Under the pieces are notes generated by a model that worked only from the letters and a program-made list of their open reading frames with translations, had not been told where the DNA came from and made no database searches. Made by a program: the position numbers and the translations under genes. Below, in pieces: positions 60,381-64,000 of a stretch of 64,000 bases of DNA (position 1 is the first letter of the stretch; each line of letters begins with the position of its first letter). Source of the DNA: Eledone cirrhosa (Eukaryota); assembly GCA_964016885.1 (NCBI GenBank), contig OZ024741.1:180916001-180980000 (forward strand). The letters are read 5' to 3'.

Positions 60381-61589
60381 TAAAATAATCAAAAAGACAG
60401 ACTTTTTACCATTATTAAATTATAATTATCTTTCTCTATTCTTTCACACAATCAACTTTACACATTCTCTCATACAACCTAACTTTTCAGATTTATTTCT
60501 TTTACAAACTCCCTCATACAACCTTTTCCTATTCATGCAATCCTCACCTAACTCTTCTCTGCACTCTCAACTCTTGCCCACGCCGGCATATCATACACTA
60601 GCACACCATTTCACCGGCTCTTGCCTACCTCTTCCAACACACATGCATCGTCCCTTCTATTTTCAATTAACAACAACTACCTTCATTCTATTTCAATTCA
60701 GCCGCAATCACTCTTACCTTTCACACTTCTCTTCCAACATACACCCAACCGTCTATCGTGTATCTGAGTAATTAACCTCATAGAAACAACACTTAAATTT
60801 ACCTCCTCTCACACATAACCTACATTATATGGAGAAAGATATCTGCCATTTTCACTCTTAGTATATCTTTCATCATACCACTGGCCAGCTAAATCATAAC
60901 TTCCATCTTCCGACGGAGAAGACGCTCCTATCAGAAGAAATCATCAGGCTAGATCCAGAAACGATCTTATCTTATTTGTCGTCTAACCTTCGGTCTCACG
61001 CCAGTTGGATTTACCCGTATTATCTCTCTAGTCATTCTTTTCTTATACATTCTAAACACACCTTCCTACTACCAGAGTGGTGATCTTCCGATTCAGAAAA
61101 TTCGCTGCTCTACCTGTACCCACTCCCTCATCTCCAAGCTACACATCCAATCGACCAAGCTTATTCCAAACGCTTGTAAATCTACATTTACAAATCAATA
61201 CAACAAACAATTTACTTCAGCGAACACACACAGACATATATTACTAGCAAATCACTTATATATGGAACTTGTGAGCATGTGATATCTCTAAAAGGTCGCA
61301 TCTTGAACTCAATCAAACAATCTAGCCTATACTAATATGGAAAGAGGACGTGCAATGATGATATGGATTTTTAGGCTTTTCTTAAGCACAGAGATTGTTT
61401 TAGTGTCACTTGCATTTAAAATTTAATTATCTTTATTATCCACTTCTCAGTAGTGAGAACTTGATAAATATTTATTACAACAGTTAAACCAACTTCATTA
61501 AAGTATTATGTTGCTGTAGGTGTGTGTATAACATGCAACTAGATAAACTCTGATATAGTAGATAGATTCTTGTGAAATATCTATATACA

Positions 61590-62411
61590 AGTGCACCACC
61601 ATGCATTTTGGGAGTAAAAACCCAGCGTCCACATACTCCCTCCACAGCACTAATATCAAGAAGTCTTCTTGTGAACGTGACCTGGACATTGCGGTCAGCA
61701 GCGATTTGCGTTGGACGAAGCACGTCTCTAAAATTGTCAAGAGGGCCGAGGGTGTCTTAACATCACTCAGTAAGACCTTTGTCAGCCGCTCTCCTGCTAT
61801 CTATTTAAGGCTGTACATGGCTATGGTGCGGCCACACTTAGAATTTGCATCACCAGTCTGGGACCCCTAGCTTGCTCAGAACATTGACCGCCTGGAAACT
61901 GTTCAGAGACGTGCAACCAAGCGAATACCCTCCATCAGGCATCTACCATACTCTGAGCGCCTTGCTTCCCTGGGCATGGATACATTGAAGCTCCGACGCC
62001 TGGCAACTGACTTGGTAAACACCGACAAAATTGTTAACCATCTTGCCAACAACAACCCTGAGTAGCTTTTTGATTTCCATGTGTCTAACACACGTGGGCA
62101 TGCCCACAAAGTCTGAAAACAGTACAGTTCCCATGACTTTCGGAAACATTTTTTCACGCTCAGAGTTGCTGAAGCATGTAAAAAACTACCTGCATCGGTT
62201 GTTAGCTGTCGAGACACTGCATCCTTTAAGGCCTCCATGCTTCCCGAGATTCGCCAACACTACACCTAATGTCGCCCCCTCCCTGCCTCATACACACATA
62301 TATATCATGACTCATACACTATTCACTTCCCTGACATTTGTGTTTTATTCTATGTACTATACATGCACCTTTGACGAGTTGTAGTGCACCTGAGCACTTT
62401 ACACAATAATT

Positions 62412-62442
<31 letters not shown>
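61590..62442 (+). mobile_element. CR1/L2-group LINE 3' end, second unit copy
   Basis: Same sequence as 58916-59768. The tail portion is also present at 56873-57095. Confidence 0.88.
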
Positions 62443-62445
<3 letters not shown>

Positions 62446-62891
62446 AATTAACCGTGAGAGACACTAAAGACACACACACAAATCTCAATTTGCGTTATTC
62501 ATCGATCTGCTGGAAACAACGTTGATATTTGTCTCAACTAACAGCCTCTCTCCTGGAAGAAGGAAAAAAACGGTGATAAATACTTTTCTGCAAGTTTGTG
62601 TTAGTAGTTAATGCTAACACCAAATGTTGAATTATTTCCCTTGATTAATACAAGATAGTAGATTTGAAGGCGTAAGTAAAGATAGTTTAGTTGTTAAATT
62701 GATAAAGTTTGTATAAAGAAGAATAACTTTGAAAGTAAAGAGTAGTGAATAAGTGTATAAATAAAATAATTTGCAAGTTGTATTGTTTTTTGTATTGTGG
62801 AATTAAATTTTCAGTAGTTGCTGATGGTATAAAGTCAGTAGATCTTTTGTAAGTATAATGTTATATGAAGAAAGTGATTATGGTGTCTAGC

Positions 62892-63054
62892 ATACTTACC
62901 TGGCACAGGGGTTAACCATGATCCGCTAGGTGGTTCTCCCAGAGTGAGGCTCTTCCATTGCACTGCGGTTGGGTTGACCTTTGCGATCGCCCCAAATGTG
63001 GGCGACTCGGGTGCGCTATTTCTAAGTGTGGGGTCTGCGTTCGCGCTCACCCCG
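62892..63054 (+). ncRNA. U1: U1 snRNA gene (variant), copy 3
   Basis: Same sequence as copy 1, a further 2674 bp downstream. Confidence 0.96.
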
Positions 63055-64000
63055 TAAAATAATCAAAAAGACAGACTTTTTACCATTATTAAATTATAAT
63101 TATCTTTCTCTATTCTTTCACACAATCAACTTTACACATTCTCTCATACAACCTAACTTTTCAGATTTATTTCTTTTACAAACTCCCTCATACAACCTTT
63201 TCCTATTCATGCAATCCTCACCTAACTCTTCTCTGCACTCTCAACTCTTGCCCACGCCGGCATATCATATACTAGCACACCATTTCACCGGCTCTTGCCT
63301 ACCTCTTCCAACACACATGCATCGTCCCTTCTATTTTCAATTAACAACAACTACCTTCATTCTATTTCAATTCAGCCGCAATCACTCTTACCTTTCACAC
63401 TTCTCTTCCAACATACACCCAACCGTCTATCGTGTATCTGAGTAATTAACCTCATAGAAACAACACTTAAATTTACCTCCTCTCACACATAACCTACATT
63501 ATATGGAGAAAGATATCTGCCATTTTCACTCTTAGTATATCTTTCATCATACCACTGGCCAGCTAAATCATAACTTCCATCTTCCGACGGAGAAGACGCT
63601 CCTATCAGAAGAAATCATCAGGCTAGATCCAGAAACGATCTTATCTTATTTGTCGTCTAACCTTCGGTCTCACGCCAGTTGGATTTACCCGTATTATCTC
63701 TCTAGTCATTCTTTTCTTATACATTCTAAACACACCTTCCTACTACCAGAGTGGTGATCTTCCGATTCAGAAAATTCGCTGCTCTACCTGTACCCACTCC
63801 CTCATCTCCAAGCTACACATCCAATCGACCAAGCTTATTCCAAACGCTTGTAAATCTACATTTACAAATCAATACAACAAACAATTTACTTCAGCGAACA
63901 CACACAGACATATATTACTAGCAAATCACTTATATATGGAACTTGTGAGCATGTGATATCTCTAAAAGGTCGCATCTTGAACTCAATCAAACAATCTAGC

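Larger units (their letters stand above)
56873..64000 (+). repeat. Tandem U1 array, ~2674-bp unit, ~2.7 copies visible
   Basis: ORFs and U1 genes recur at a 2674-bp offset with only a few differences. Bounded by an N gap and the window end. Confidence 0.97.

Overview
AT-rich, repeat-dominated eukaryotic (metazoan) DNA. The SINE families and very long (TA)n/(TATACA)n tracts suggest a coleoid cephalopod such as Octopus; this is an inference. Almost all long ORFs in the track are microsatellite artefacts. Supported content: (1) a tandem array of a 2674-bp unit at 56873-64000, each unit carrying a structurally intact but variant U1 snRNA gene and an antisense near-hammerhead, plus a 5'-truncated CR1-type LINE that is complete in two units; (2) two non-coding tandem arrays (310-bp x10 and 465-bp x~2.6) whose units carry minimal type I hammerhead ribozymes with palindromic stem III, i.e. 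retrozyme-like or Penelope pLTR-like arrays; (3) several further hammerhead families, often in fold-back inverted duplications, near decayed Penelope-like elements (RT + GIY-YIG); (4) a decayed Gypsy element with LTR, RTE/CR1/L2 fragments, SINEs and MITEs; (5) three minus-strand exons of an unidentified host gene, including a candidate 9-nt microexon. All folds were paired by eye, not computed.
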